Shown here: positions 9,691 through 19,229 of the stretch, piece by piece
How positions within the stretch are numbered: position 1 is the first letter of the stretch
How the letters are laid out: every line of letters begins with the position of its first letter
From: an uncultured Bacilli bacterium
GTDB lineage: Bacteria > Bacillota_I > Bacilli_A > RF39 > UBA660
NCBI GenBank assembly: GCA_947623825.1
Contig: CANQHQ010000004.1
Span: 1 to 58,095, forward strand
DNA length: 58,095 bases
Direction: 5' to 3'
The notes under the pieces: model-generated
What the model was told of the DNA's origin: nothing
The model's input: only the letters and a program-made list of their open reading frames with translations
Database searches by the model: none
Position numbers and translations under genes: made by a program

Positions 9691-10578
9691 TTACTCTTCT
9701 TTTTGAGAACGTCTTGTTTTCTTCTTCCATTCTTCTAATTGTTCGTGATACTGATACCATTCGTAAATCCGTCGGGTATTTTTTATCTCACTATCTTCAA
9801 AAACGATTTTTTGCGGGAGTAACACCAAGGATAAAAAAAGGTGAAATTCCTCTTTGGTAAGTGGATACTTCGATTCATAAATTTCTAACAAATCTCCCAT
9901 CGTTATGTCTTTCCAATTATTACGATAAAAATTTTCTAAATCATAAACTGGGGAATGAATACGGGCTTGATTCCAACTGATAAAATAGAGTTCTTGATTT
10001 TCGATAAAATGTTCTTTTTTTAGATTTCCATGGGTCATGACATAACGCATTTTCTTTTTTTCTATCATTCCTTTGTACCAAATTTCAATTTCGTTTTTAC
10101 TTTCAGTTAAATGATAGTAAATGAGAGAAAGGCCCCGAATCAATTGATAATGACTCGGTGCCATATATTTTTCTACTTCAATTCTATCTTGAAGATTATA
10201 ATAATATTCCATCAATCTATCTTGTCTTTCACGAATCGATTCAAATATTTCTTTGATTTTATCTACTTCTAAGGTCTTATAAAAGGTCGTTTTCGTATGA
10301 AGAATACTCAATAGATAAAGGAAATCGGATACTCGCTGTTCTTGCGGAAGGGGATCATCCTTGATATATCGATAAATGGTATATTCTTCTTCTCTATCGT
10401 TTAACGGTTCAGGAAGATGATGAAAGTTTCTAGTTTGTAAATACTCGTAGATATTATAATAATTTCCTTTTTTTAGTACGTAACAATCGTTCTTTGTCGT
10501 AATAATATCGATGGTGCGATATTTCTGATACCGAGTTGGAAAAATATGATATTTTTCTAAAATTTCTTGTTTATTCAT
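9691..10578 (-). CDS. CotS/YsxE-like spore coat protein (kinase-like fold)
   Basis: THGNLKKEHF resembles the HGD..N catalytic loop of CotS/choline-kinase-like proteins. It lies directly downstream of the spoVID-like gene, as in B. subtilis spoVID-ysxE. The start is uncertain (ATG at 10578 chosen, no clear SD). Confidence 0.55.
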   Translation of the reverse strand: MNKQEILEKYHIFPTRYQKYRTIDIITTKNDCYVLKKGNYYNIYEYLQTRNFHHLPEPLNDREEEYTIYRYIKDDPLPQEQRVSDFLYLLSILHTKTTFYKTLEVDKIKEIFESIRERQDRLMEYYYNLQDRIEVEKYMAPSHYQLIRGLSLIYYHLTESKNEIEIWYKGMIEKKKMRYVMTHGNLKKEHFIENQELYFISWNQARIHSPVYDLENFYRNNWKDITMGDLLEIYESKYPLTKEEFHLFLSLVLLPQKIVFEDSEIKNTRRIYEWYQYHEQLEEWKKKTRRSQKEE

Positions 10579-11434
10579 GTTGACAAGGAATGATGAGTTT
10601 GGTACCAATTCCAACTTGATTTAAATCGTTATATAAAGATAGTTCTTCTCTTGTTGTTTTGTACTTTTCTATAATCGAATCTACCGTATCTTGTTCTCTC
10701 ACGATATAGACATAATACGTGACAAAGGTCTCTTCTTGATTGATAGAAGAGAAGATAGAACTTACTTGATTTTCTTCTTTCTTTGTTTCTACTTGGGAAG
10801 TGGAATTCTCAAGAATTTCTTCTTGGGAAGGTTCCCTTTTTTCTACTACTTGTTTCTTTTCTATCTCTTGGGAAATTACTGGCTCTTTCTTTGGTAAAAG
10901 CGGACTCGTCGGTTCCACGGTCACTTCGAACTCTTCTTGTGATTCGACTGTGTTGTCTTGTCTTTCTTCTTTGGTTTCTACTACCGTTTCTTCCTTTTCT
11001 TCTTTCGGTTCCTCTTGGTCTTCTTGTGTTTTTTCTTTTTCTTCCTCAATATCTTCGATTTCTTCTATCTTCTCTTCTTCGGAACGTACTGGTTCTAGGA
11101 CTTCTTCTTTTTCTGTTACATTGTTGATTTCTAATTCGACATTCATTTTCAAATCTTCTTCATTGATGATTTCAAAATAAAAATCTCGAATTGTGATTGT
11201 TGCGTCCTGAATCTCATACTTGTCATCTACTTCGATGGTGAATGGTAGCGTGTAATGAAATTTTTCTTCTAACTGACTCGCTTCCGTCATTTTGTAGCTT
11301 CCGTCAATTAGAATATCTCCTTCAAACGATGCATTGTCAGTGGCTTCGAGTGTATGGGTTACTTCAATATCTGTCACTTCCGCAATCATCGTTTTAAAAT
11401 GAATGGTCTTACTAAACGGTATGACTTTTTTCAT
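10571..11434 (-). CDS. SpoVID-like spore morphogenetic protein (N-domain, acidic linker, C-terminal LysM)
   Basis: C-terminal LysM (YYVYIVREQDTVDSIIEKYKTTREELSLYNDLNQVGIGTKLIIP), a long E/K-rich linker, and an N-terminal ~100 aa patterned like the SpoVID N-domain. Confidence 0.6.
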   Translation of the reverse strand: MKKVIPFSKTIHFKTMIAEVTDIEVTHTLEATDNASFEGDILIDGSYKMTEASQLEEKFHYTLPFTIEVDDKYEIQDATITIRDFYFEIINEEDLKMNVELEINNVTEKEEVLEPVRSEEEKIEEIEDIEEEKEKTQEDQEEPKEEKEETVVETKEERQDNTVESQEEFEVTVEPTSPLLPKKEPVISQEIEKKQVVEKREPSQEEILENSTSQVETKKEENQVSSIFSSINQEETFVTYYVYIVREQDTVDSIIEKYKTTREELSLYNDLNQVGIGTKLIIPCQHE

Positions 11435-11491
11435 TTTTATCCCTCTTTTCTACTCTACTCTATGCATAAAAAAAGAGAAAAAGACTTTTTT

Positions 11492-12199
11492 TTACTCTTT
11501 CTCTTTCTTAGTATCTTTTCTTTTTGTATATTGTAGTTCATAGGCGACTTCATTTTCGGTCATCGACTCTAGTTCTTCCAACAAGACTTTGGCTGTTTTT
11601 CGCGTTTTTCTTCTCGCTCCAGACTCTTTTTCTTGACAGAAAGTAGTAAAGGCGATGGCTTTGTCTATGGCTTCCGGATTCTCTTCAAAAAACTCAGGGA
11701 ATAAACGAAGAGTCCAATAGACAGTCGCAAGAAATCGAGAAGCACGAAGTTCTATATTTCCCACGTCACTAATCAACATGGCCATGTAGTAATAATCATA
11801 TTTTACATATTGAAGAAGATCATTCACTGTATAACCGATTGAAATCCTTGGTAGATTTCGGGCCAACACCTCTTCTTCCAACCAGTTTCCTTGTAGTTCT
11901 CGAATGGTTTCTTCTGATTGACAAGAAGCATAGTTATAGAATTCTACAAATTTATTGAAATATGCCGTTAAAGAAGAATTTTTAGGATAGACAAATCTCT
12001 TTTCACGAACGATGCCTCTTACTTTATTCAGTAAACTTTCCTCAGCCAGCAAGAAATCATCACTATCTATGACATTCGCCAAAGAATGACAAAAACATTC
12101 TAAATCTTCTTCGGTTTGAAGGGTTTCTAGGATTTCTTCGGTAGAAAATTCTATCAATCTCGCTTTAGTCAAGCAGTAATCTAATATTTCGGGGGTCAT
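11492..12199 (-). CDS. Hypothetical protein (235 aa, no recognised family)
   Basis: Long ORF with an AAGGAAGGA SD. Its start overlaps the lon 3' end by 35 nt. Confidence 0.6.
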   Translation of the reverse strand: MTPEILDYCLTKARLIEFSTEEILETLQTEEDLECFCHSLANVIDSDDFLLAEESLLNKVRGIVREKRFVYPKNSSLTAYFNKFVEFYNYASCQSEETIRELQGNWLEEEVLARNLPRISIGYTVNDLLQYVKYDYYYMAMLISDVGNIELRASRFLATVYWTLRLFPEFFEENPEAIDKAIAFTTFCQEKESGARRKTRKTAKVLLEELESMTENEVAYELQYTKRKDTKKEKE

Positions 12200-14519
12200 T
12201 TTTTTTCCTTCCTTTCGTGCGGAATAACACCTGATGAATATCTAAGTATCGGTCTACTAAGATAAAATGAATGTCATTTTTTATTTCATCAGGAATTTCT
12301 TCCAAATCTTTTTCGTTTGCCCTAGGAATAAAAATGGTTTTTACAAGATTTCGATGTGCGCCAATTACTTTTTCTTTTAAACCTCCAATAGGAAGAATTT
12401 TTCCCCGAAGTGTCATTTCTCCGGTCATCGCTACATTGGTCGCAATCGCTTTATCTGTTAAAAGAGACAATAACGTCGTCGTTAAGGCAACACCGGCCGA
12501 TGGTCCATCTTTCGGAATTGCTCCTTCTGGGACATGAATATGAATGTCCCATTTTTCAAACTTACTATAGTCGATGTTGTATTTATCAAAATTCGATTTT
12601 AGGTAGTCAAAAGACAACTGAGCGGATTCTTTCATGACATCTCCTAATTGTCCTGTCAAGATGATATTTCCTTTTCCCGGGAAAGAGACTGCTTCAATCG
12701 GAAGGATATCCCCTCCAAACGGCGTATAAGCCAGTCCATTGACTACACCAATTCGTTCAATGATGTCGTTTCCATTCAAAAGATACTTTTTCTTTCCTAA
12801 ATAGCGCTCGATGTTGTAATCTGTAATATCGTACTCTTCTTGTTTTCCTTCAATCAATTTTTCTTTTACAATTTTTCGTAGGATACTTGCCAAATTTCGT
12901 TCTAGGTCACGCACTCCGGCTTCTTTTGTATAACTGCGAATAATTGTCAAAATGACTTCATCACTAAATTTTACCTCTTGGATTTTTAGTCCATGTTGAC
13001 GGATTTCTTTCGGAAGTAAATAGTTTTTGGCAATGTCTAACTTTTCATATTCTGTATAGGAAGATAGCTCGATAATTTCTAAACGATCTCTTAGTTCTGG
13101 TGGAATTTGATCGTAGTAATTGGCGGTCGTAATAAACATCACTTTACTTAGATCTACTTCTTCTTCGATATAGTGATCGGCGAAAGTTTTATTTTGTTCA
13201 GGATCCAAAATTTCCAACAAGGCACTGGCGGGATCTCCTTTGATATCTTTCGTCATTTTATCAATTTCATCGATGATAAATACAGGATTCGAACTTCCTG
13301 CTTTTTTCATTCCTTGAATGATGAGACCTGGCGCTGCCCCTACATAGGTTCTTCGGTGACCAACAATCTCTGCTTCATCGTTGATACCTCCTACCGATAT
13401 CTTGGTACATTTTCGGTTCAAACTTTCCGCAATACTCTTGGCTAAAGAAGTCTTTCCTACTCCTGGAGGTCCTACTAAACAGATGATAGGACTCGTAGAA
13501 TCTTTTGTATTTTGTTTGACAGCTAGATATTCGATGATTCGTTCTTTGACCACGTCTAATCCGTAGTGAGAATCATCCAACACATCTTTTACTTTTCGTA
13601 AATCCTTATTATCTTGGGTATACACTTTCCATGGATAATCGAGAAGCCAATCGATATAGTTACGGATGACTCCTACTTCGGGAGAATTGGGATTACTTGT
13701 TTCATAGCGATTGATTTCTAATTGCAAACGATTGCGAATTTTTTCTGGACACTTTAAATTTCTTGCCTTTTCTCTTAAAATTTCTACATCGCTATCTTTA
13801 TCGTTGATATCCCCTAGTTCTTCCTTGATTACTCGAATTTTTTCTCGTAAAACGTATTCTTTCTGGGCTTCGTCAATATCATGAGAGAGTTTTTTATCGA
13901 TTTTCTTTTCAATTTCTAAAATATCAATATCATTATGGATATCTTCCATAATCATTTGACTTCTCTCTAAGGCATCAGTCTCAGAAATATATGCCAATTT
14001 TCTTTCATAGGTAGTCGGTAACGCTGGGGCAATTAAATCGGTCATCGAAGATAAATCATTTACACCAACCAAACGATTCAAAATATTGTTGGAATACTCA
14101 TTATCATCGACATACATCTCTAATAAATTCATCATTTTTCGAGAGTAGGCAGTTTCGGCTTTAGGACTGGGAACAATGTAATCCACTTCTTCTAAGGTAG
14201 CATATAAAATGTGGTCTTGTTCATCGTAATCCGTAATTCTAGTTCTCTCTAAGCCATAGACAGATAACCTCGTTCTTCCATTAGGCATATCGATTCTCAT
14301 TCGGATTTGACCGATGACACCGATTCTAGGAAGTGTAGAAGTTGTTATTTTTTCTAACGGAAGGGGTGGATTGACAATTAAAATTTCACTATTAAAATAT
14401 CCTTCTGCAATTGATATTAATTGTTTGTCTTCTAAACTATTAAACTCTAAACGAATTTCATTAGACGGAAAGAGAACCATGTTGTGGAGCAATAATACGG
14501 GTAGTTTCTTTAAATCCAT
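12165..14519 (-). CDS. lon: ATP-dependent Lon protease (LonA type)
   Basis: Lon N-domain, Walker A GPPGVGKTS, and proteolytic PKDGPSAG serine. Start set to the ATG at 14519 (MDLKKLPVLLL). Confidence 0.95.
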   Translation of the reverse strand: MDLKKLPVLLLHNMVLFPSNEIRLEFNSLEDKQLISIAEGYFNSEILIVNPPLPLEKITTSTLPRIGVIGQIRMRIDMPNGRTRLSVYGLERTRITDYDEQDHILYATLEEVDYIVPSPKAETAYSRKMMNLLEMYVDDNEYSNNILNRLVGVNDLSSMTDLIAPALPTTYERKLAYISETDALERSQMIMEDIHNDIDILEIEKKIDKKLSHDIDEAQKEYVLREKIRVIKEELGDINDKDSDVEILREKARNLKCPEKIRNRLQLEINRYETSNPNSPEVGVIRNYIDWLLDYPWKVYTQDNKDLRKVKDVLDDSHYGLDVVKERIIEYLAVKQNTKDSTSPIICLVGPPGVGKTSLAKSIAESLNRKCTKISVGGINDEAEIVGHRRTYVGAAPGLIIQGMKKAGSSNPVFIIDEIDKMTKDIKGDPASALLEILDPEQNKTFADHYIEEEVDLSKVMFITTANYYDQIPPELRDRLEIIELSSYTEYEKLDIAKNYLLPKEIRQHGLKIQEVKFSDEVILTIIRSYTKEAGVRDLERNLASILRKIVKEKLIEGKQEEYDITDYNIERYLGKKKYLLNGNDIIERIGVVNGLAYTPFGGDILPIEAVSFPGKGNIILTGQLGDVMKESAQLSFDYLKSNFDKYNIDYSKFEKWDIHIHVPEGAIPKDGPSAGVALTTTLLSLLTDKAIATNVAMTGEMTLRGKILPIGGLKEKVIGAHRNLVKTIFIPRANEKDLEEIPDEIKNDIHFILVDRYLDIHQVLFRTKGRKKNDPRNIRLLLD

Positions 14520-14552
14520 GGTTCTCACGTCCTCTCAAAAACTTTGCCTCTT

Positions 14553-14580
14553 ATTATAACATTTCATCTTAAAAATGCAA
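14553..14580 (-). promoter_or_regulatory. Promoter upstream of lon
   Basis: Minus strand TTGCAT-N16-TATAAT, with TGT directly before the -10 (extended -10). Confidence 0.5.
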
Positions 14581-14621
14581 CAAGATTGGACATTTTTTTA
14601 CAAATATCTTTTTGGCAATTT

Positions 14622-14660
14622 TTGGCAAAAAAAGAAGCCTATTTTTTGTTGGCTTCTTTT
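14622..14660 (-). terminator. Intrinsic terminator at the tig stop codon
   Basis: Minus strand AGAAGCC-AACAAAAAATA-GGCTTCT followed by T8. Confidence 0.6.
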
Positions 14661-15961
14661 AATAATTCGATTACTTTTCGCATTTCCAAATCGTACTTTA
14701 TCATGTCTCTTCCACCAAATTCTTTGATGAAATCTTCTTCGCTCATATTGTACTTTTCAGAAACGGTTTTAATTTCTTTATCGACTTCTTCTTCCGTTAC
14801 TTCTACTTTTTCAAGTTTCACGATTTCTTCTAACATCAAACGATATAATACGTGTTGATAAGCATCTTTTTCCATTTGATTGCGTAGCGCTTGGCGATCA
14901 CTATTCGTATATTTTAGGTAAACGTCTAAATTTAATCCTTGCATTTGTAATTGATGCTCGAAACGATGAATCATATTATCGATTTGTTCTTCTACCATTT
15001 CTTCTGGAATATCTACATCAACTTGTTTTCCTACTTCTTCTAGAATTTTATCAATATGGGCATTTTCTGCTTCCATTTCTTTGTTGGCTTTGATGGAAGA
15101 TTCGATTTCTTTTTCTAGTTTTTCTTTGGTATCGACTCCTTCCATTCCCAAGTCTTCAAAAAATTCTTTATCTAATTCTCTTGCTTGTTTCTCTTTGATT
15201 TCATTGACTTTTACTTTGAAAATTACATCTTTTCCTTTTAGATCTTCGGCCATGTAATCTTCTGGGAAGGTTACGTGAATCTCTTTTTCTTCTCCTTGTT
15301 TCATGCCAATGATTTGGTCTTCAAATCCTGGGATAAAGGTATTACTTCCAATCTCGAGAGAATAGTTTTCTCCTTTTCCTCCTTCGAAAGCAACTCCATC
15401 CTTGAATCCTTCAAAATCAATAATCGCAACGTTTCCCTTTTCTACTTTTCCTTTTTCTTTGGTTACCAATTCGGTATACTTTTCAAGAAGATGTCCCATT
15501 TCGTGTTCAATTTCTTCTTTGGTCACTTCTACTTTTTGTTTCTCGACACTTAATCCCTTGTATTTTTTAATTTTTACTTCAGGGGCTGTGATGATTGTAA
15601 AGAGAAATTCGACCTTTTCATCATCGATGGAATGAATATCTACTTTTGGTTGTACGACTGGAACAATCTCTTTATGCTCGTCGATGAGTTTTTGGTAAGC
15701 TTTCTGAACAGATGCTTCAGCGGCATCTAAATATAAACTTTCTTTTCCATATTTCTTTTCATAGATGTTTCGTGGACATTTTCCTTTTCGAAAACCATCT
15801 ACGGTTACATTTTTTACTTTCATTTGAAAAGCTTTGTCTAAGGCTTTCTCCCATTCTTGTCCATCTATCGTGATTGTAATTTCTTTTCTATTTTCACTTT
15901 TCTTTTCTTTCTTTTCTTTTTCTATTTCTTTTGTTTTTCCCTTGGCTGTTTCTTTTGCCAT
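14639..15961 (-). CDS. tig: Trigger factor
   Basis: Ribosome-binding GFRKGK motif and a central FKBP-type PPIase segment (FIPGFEDQIIGMKQGEE). Start set to the ATG at 15961 (GGAGGAG SD 7 nt upstream). The N-terminus carries a K/E-rich extension. Confidence 0.93.
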   Translation of the reverse strand: MAKETAKGKTKEIEKEKKEKKSENRKEITITIDGQEWEKALDKAFQMKVKNVTVDGFRKGKCPRNIYEKKYGKESLYLDAAEASVQKAYQKLIDEHKEIVPVVQPKVDIHSIDDEKVEFLFTIITAPEVKIKKYKGLSVEKQKVEVTKEEIEHEMGHLLEKYTELVTKEKGKVEKGNVAIIDFEGFKDGVAFEGGKGENYSLEIGSNTFIPGFEDQIIGMKQGEEKEIHVTFPEDYMAEDLKGKDVIFKVKVNEIKEKQARELDKEFFEDLGMEGVDTKEKLEKEIESSIKANKEMEAENAHIDKILEEVGKQVDVDIPEEMVEEQIDNMIHRFEHQLQMQGLNLDVYLKYTNSDRQALRNQMEKDAYQHVLYRLMLEEIVKLEKVEVTEEEVDKEIKTVSEKYNMSEEDFIKEFGGRDMIKYDLEMRKVIELLKEANKK

Positions 15962-16147
15962 AGTTCTCTCCTCCAATTCGTATTTATTATATCGAAAAAC
16001 TGTTTTTGACGCAAGGATTTCGATGATTTTGTTTGCTTTTCTTTTTTCGTATCCAATGGTTCCGAATGAGAAGCATAAGAAAAACCTCCTTTCTATTTTA
16101 AGAAACGAGGTTTGATTCTATCTTATTCTTTGTTTTCAGGAAACGAT

Positions 16148-18430
16148 CTATACGTTTTCTTTTCTTTTTAAAGTAACGATTCCAACGAAAGTAGCAAAGA
16201 AACTAACCAAAGCAAGTACGAAGTAATTCATTACTCCATCATACGTACTCGGTACTTCTATTGTACTAGATTCAAATACGGCTTGAATCGATGTATTTTT
16301 CATTAACTCTTCGTCTTCCGAAATTGCTTCTTTCGTATCTGCATTGATAAATCCTTTCCATGTCTTTCCTTCTACCTTCTTCAATTGTTCGGCACTCGCT
16401 AATTCTTTTAACGAGGTTCCTTCTAGAACGGTTTCCGTCCAAGTGTTGCCTTTTTCATCGATAAAGGTAAGAGTAATTTCATAGATTGCCTTTAATTTTG
16501 TTGTAGTGGTAATGACTGTATCCAAGTCTACGGTATTTCCGTCTTCATCTACAAATCTAGCAAAATTTTCTGCGTCCATGAATTTTTTCAATTCTGAACC
16601 ATTCTCACCATCCAAAATGGCTTGTAATGTTATACCTTCAGAAGTCTCATCATAATTCACTTCTACTAGATTCTTCCTATCATTTCCTTCAACAGAAATA
16701 ACAATCTTATAGACTGGTTTTAAATTTATTTCTTGAGTAACGGCACTCTCTAAATCAAAAACTTCTTCACCAACTTTAAAATACTTAAAGTTTTCATCTT
16801 GCATAATTGAATCCAAAATACTAATGTTTTTTAGTATGGTTCCATCCTCTACGGTTCCGATGAAACTACCATTGACAGAGATTTTAACTAATACCTTTTT
16901 CGTTAATATGGTGTTTTCGTCGATTCGCTCCGCTGAAGAAGTAGCTTTTCCATCGATGTAATACGTAACGGCATATTTTCCTACAGGAACTGTTTTCATC
17001 ACAGTATCTAGGATTGTTCCATCTGCGGAAACAGCATTTCCAAGACGTGTCTTTTCGGCATTTTTACCTAAATCTAGAGTATATACTACATCGTCTAATG
17101 TTACAGTTACGGTATAGAATGTTTCCAAATCTATATTTTGCGTAATTGGATCTGTATCTTTTACTTCTTCTTTCCCAGAAACCGTTCTAAAATGAAGTGT
17201 TTTTCCTTCTTTATTAAAATCTCCGAATGTTGGAATATCTTGTAACGTTTCATTTTCATCCAAATCGTAAGGTTGTCCATTGATTGTCACCTTGACACCC
17301 CACTCGATAGAAATGGTTCCATTTTCATTCCATGGAGTTTGATCTGTTACTTCTTCTCCACTCTCTTTTACAAACTTTTGAAAGGTCTTATTTTTTTGTC
17401 CTTCTGTTTTAGCCTTTTCTAGCGCATTTTTTAATTCTTCCTTGGTGCTTTGACCCCATGTATCTCCTTTGTTTAGTTCGTAATTGACACCGTCGAAGTT
17501 TACATAAACGACTTCTGTTCCCTCTTTTGTAATGTATTTTACTCCCGCTTTATTGGGAATCTCTTTGTTATAACCTTCCGGTATAATGATGGATGCACCG
17601 TCTTTGGCATAGGTAATTGCCTTTTCGGTCATGGTTTCATCCCCTTCGATGACAGAATCGTTATTGGCAAAAAAAGTTACATTTCCAGTTACCCCTTCAA
17701 TGTGTAATTTTGCCTTCCCTGTCGTGTCATCGAGTGATTCTAATCCCCTGATTCCATCTCCTGCATACATCAATCCACGATTCGTCGTTTTCACATTTTT
17801 TACTGTTACTTCAGTGTCATTCTGTCCACCCGGAACAGCAATCAATATGGAACCTTTGCTTAAAGAGAATTTCACATCTTCTATGGTTACCTTTCCTGCT
17901 GCTTGGATTCCAGGAACAAAATTTCCAGAAATTTCCGTATTTTTCACTTCTAGGGTTCTAACTACTCCATCGTCATTTGAATTCTTTACTGCTGCATAAG
18001 TTGATCCAGCCCAAATCGTGATATTTTCTATTTTTAATGTATTACCACTATTGATGACACCAGAACCTGTAGCAGTATTTAGGGTGAGTTTTCCTCCTTC
18101 ATTGGTACTAGTAATCGTTAAATCCCCTAAATTCTGAATTCCGTACCCATTTCCATGTTGTGCCTTTAATTCTTGCCCATTTAGATCAATGGTGACATTC
18201 TTTCCTGCGGGAATCACAAAAGTATGTTCTAACGATATTGTACTAAGCAATTGAATTGTGATAGGACTTTCTGCCGCCTCGATTTGCTGCTCTACTTGAT
18301 CCCAAGAAGAACAGTCTTGTCCATTTACTTTTGCGATAGAAGCTTCTTCTGCCTGTACTTCTAGGAATCCAAAACACATAACGACCGCCAAAGCAATGAG
18401 TCCAACAAGTTTTGAGATTTTTTTCGTCAT
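16148..18430 (-). CDS. Cell-surface protein: signal peptide, parallel beta-helix-like domain, several Listeria/Bacteroides-type repeats, C-terminal TM anchor
   Basis: Signal peptide ending LEVQA|EE. An NxGxL-rich repetitive N-terminal third. Repeats of the form Y.V.V....Y.L. Tail is VPSTYDG + hydrophobic helix + KRKENV, with no LPXTG. Confidence 0.8.
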   Translation of the reverse strand: MTKKISKLVGLIALAVVMCFGFLEVQAEEASIAKVNGQDCSSWDQVEQQIEAAESPITIQLLSTISLEHTFVIPAGKNVTIDLNGQELKAQHGNGYGIQNLGDLTITSTNEGGKLTLNTATGSGVINSGNTLKIENITIWAGSTYAAVKNSNDDGVVRTLEVKNTEISGNFVPGIQAAGKVTIEDVKFSLSKGSILIAVPGGQNDTEVTVKNVKTTNRGLMYAGDGIRGLESLDDTTGKAKLHIEGVTGNVTFFANNDSVIEGDETMTEKAITYAKDGASIIIPEGYNKEIPNKAGVKYITKEGTEVVYVNFDGVNYELNKGDTWGQSTKEELKNALEKAKTEGQKNKTFQKFVKESGEEVTDQTPWNENGTISIEWGVKVTINGQPYDLDENETLQDIPTFGDFNKEGKTLHFRTVSGKEEVKDTDPITQNIDLETFYTVTVTLDDVVYTLDLGKNAEKTRLGNAVSADGTILDTVMKTVPVGKYAVTYYIDGKATSSAERIDENTILTKKVLVKISVNGSFIGTVEDGTILKNISILDSIMQDENFKYFKVGEEVFDLESAVTQEINLKPVYKIVISVEGNDRKNLVEVNYDETSEGITLQAILDGENGSELKKFMDAENFARFVDEDGNTVDLDTVITTTTKLKAIYEITLTFIDEKGNTWTETVLEGTSLKELASAEQLKKVEGKTWKGFINADTKEAISEDEELMKNTSIQAVFESSTIEVPSTYDGVMNYFVLALVSFFATFVGIVTLKRKENV

Positions 18431-18577
18431 TCAACCTTCCTCCTTTTAAATTCCGATAAGCTCCCTACTTATCAGAGAGTTATCCTAACCTAAATATCGA
18501 CAAAAGTCAACATTTTCTGTTCGTTTTATTTCTTCAATTTAATTTTTTGTATTTTTATTTTCTCTTTCTTTTTTTGG

Positions 18578-18606
18578 ACACAAAAAAAGTACCAAGGTAC
18601 TTTTTA
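18578..18606 (-). terminator. Intrinsic terminator at the greA stop
   Basis: Minus strand AAAAGTACC-TT-GGTACTTTT followed by TTTGTG; the stem includes the TAA stop. Confidence 0.6.
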
Positions 18607-19086
18607 CTTAATCTCTGTAATTTCAATTTGATAAGATCCATTTGGACTTTCGACTGTAATGACATCTCCGACCTTATGATTCATAATTGCTCTTGCAATA
18701 GGAGATTCATTTGAAATCTTTCCTGAGAATGGATCAGCTTCCTGACTTCCGACAATCTTATATTCATCTTCCTCGTCGTCATCATCTTCGTCATCGACGT
18801 ATTTAATCGAAACGGTGCTTCCGATTCCTACTTTTCCATTCGATACTTCTTCTATAATCTCGTAATTTTCAAGCATAGCTTCGATCTTTTTAATTCTACC
18901 TTCTAACACGGCTTGCTCGTTTCTAGCGGCATCGTAATCTGCATTTTCACTTAAGTCTCCTAACGCACGTGCTTCCTTGATTGCTTGAATATTCGCTGGT
19001 CTTTTCACATTAATTAATTCATCTAACTCTTTCTGTAGGTCTTCTAGTCCTTCTTTTGTTAGATAGATTGGCTTTTTTCCGCTCAT
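18604..19086 (-). CDS. greA: Transcription elongation factor GreA
   Basis: N-terminal coiled coil with DLSENADYDAA, and a C-terminal ISNESPIARAIMNHKVGD signature. Confidence 0.95.
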   Translation of the reverse strand: MSGKKPIYLTKEGLEDLQKELDELINVKRPANIQAIKEARALGDLSENADYDAARNEQAVLEGRIKKIEAMLENYEIIEEVSNGKVGIGSTVSIKYVDDEDDDDEEDEYKIVGSQEADPFSGKISNESPIARAIMNHKVGDVITVESPNGSYQIEITEIK

Positions 19087-19114
19087 ATTATCACCTCATT
19101 CAAAATCTTTCTAC

Positions 19115-19143
19115 ATATTATCATATTTTTGGAGAGTTGTCAA
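19115..19143 (-). promoter_or_regulatory. Promoter upstream of greA
   Basis: Minus strand TTGACA-N17-TAATAT. Confidence 0.5.
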
Positions 19144-19229
19144 CTATTTTTGGTTAACACGTTCTCTTTTCTTGCATTCTTTTTTCCATGATATTTATAT
19201 TATTTCTTTTTTGAATGGAGAAGTGCTTT

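Noticed and set aside
10691-11180. Three overlapping plus-strand ORFs (68, 114 and 126 aa) antisense to the spoVID-like gene
   Set aside because: They are Ser/Leu/Phe-rich mirror-image products of the GAA/AAA-rich acidic linker. They have no SD and lie entirely inside a better-supported CDS.
18243-18434. 63-aa ORF overlapping the 5' end of the 760-aa surface protein gene
   Set aside because: It is in an alternative frame to a CDS that has a strong SD and a clear signal peptide.
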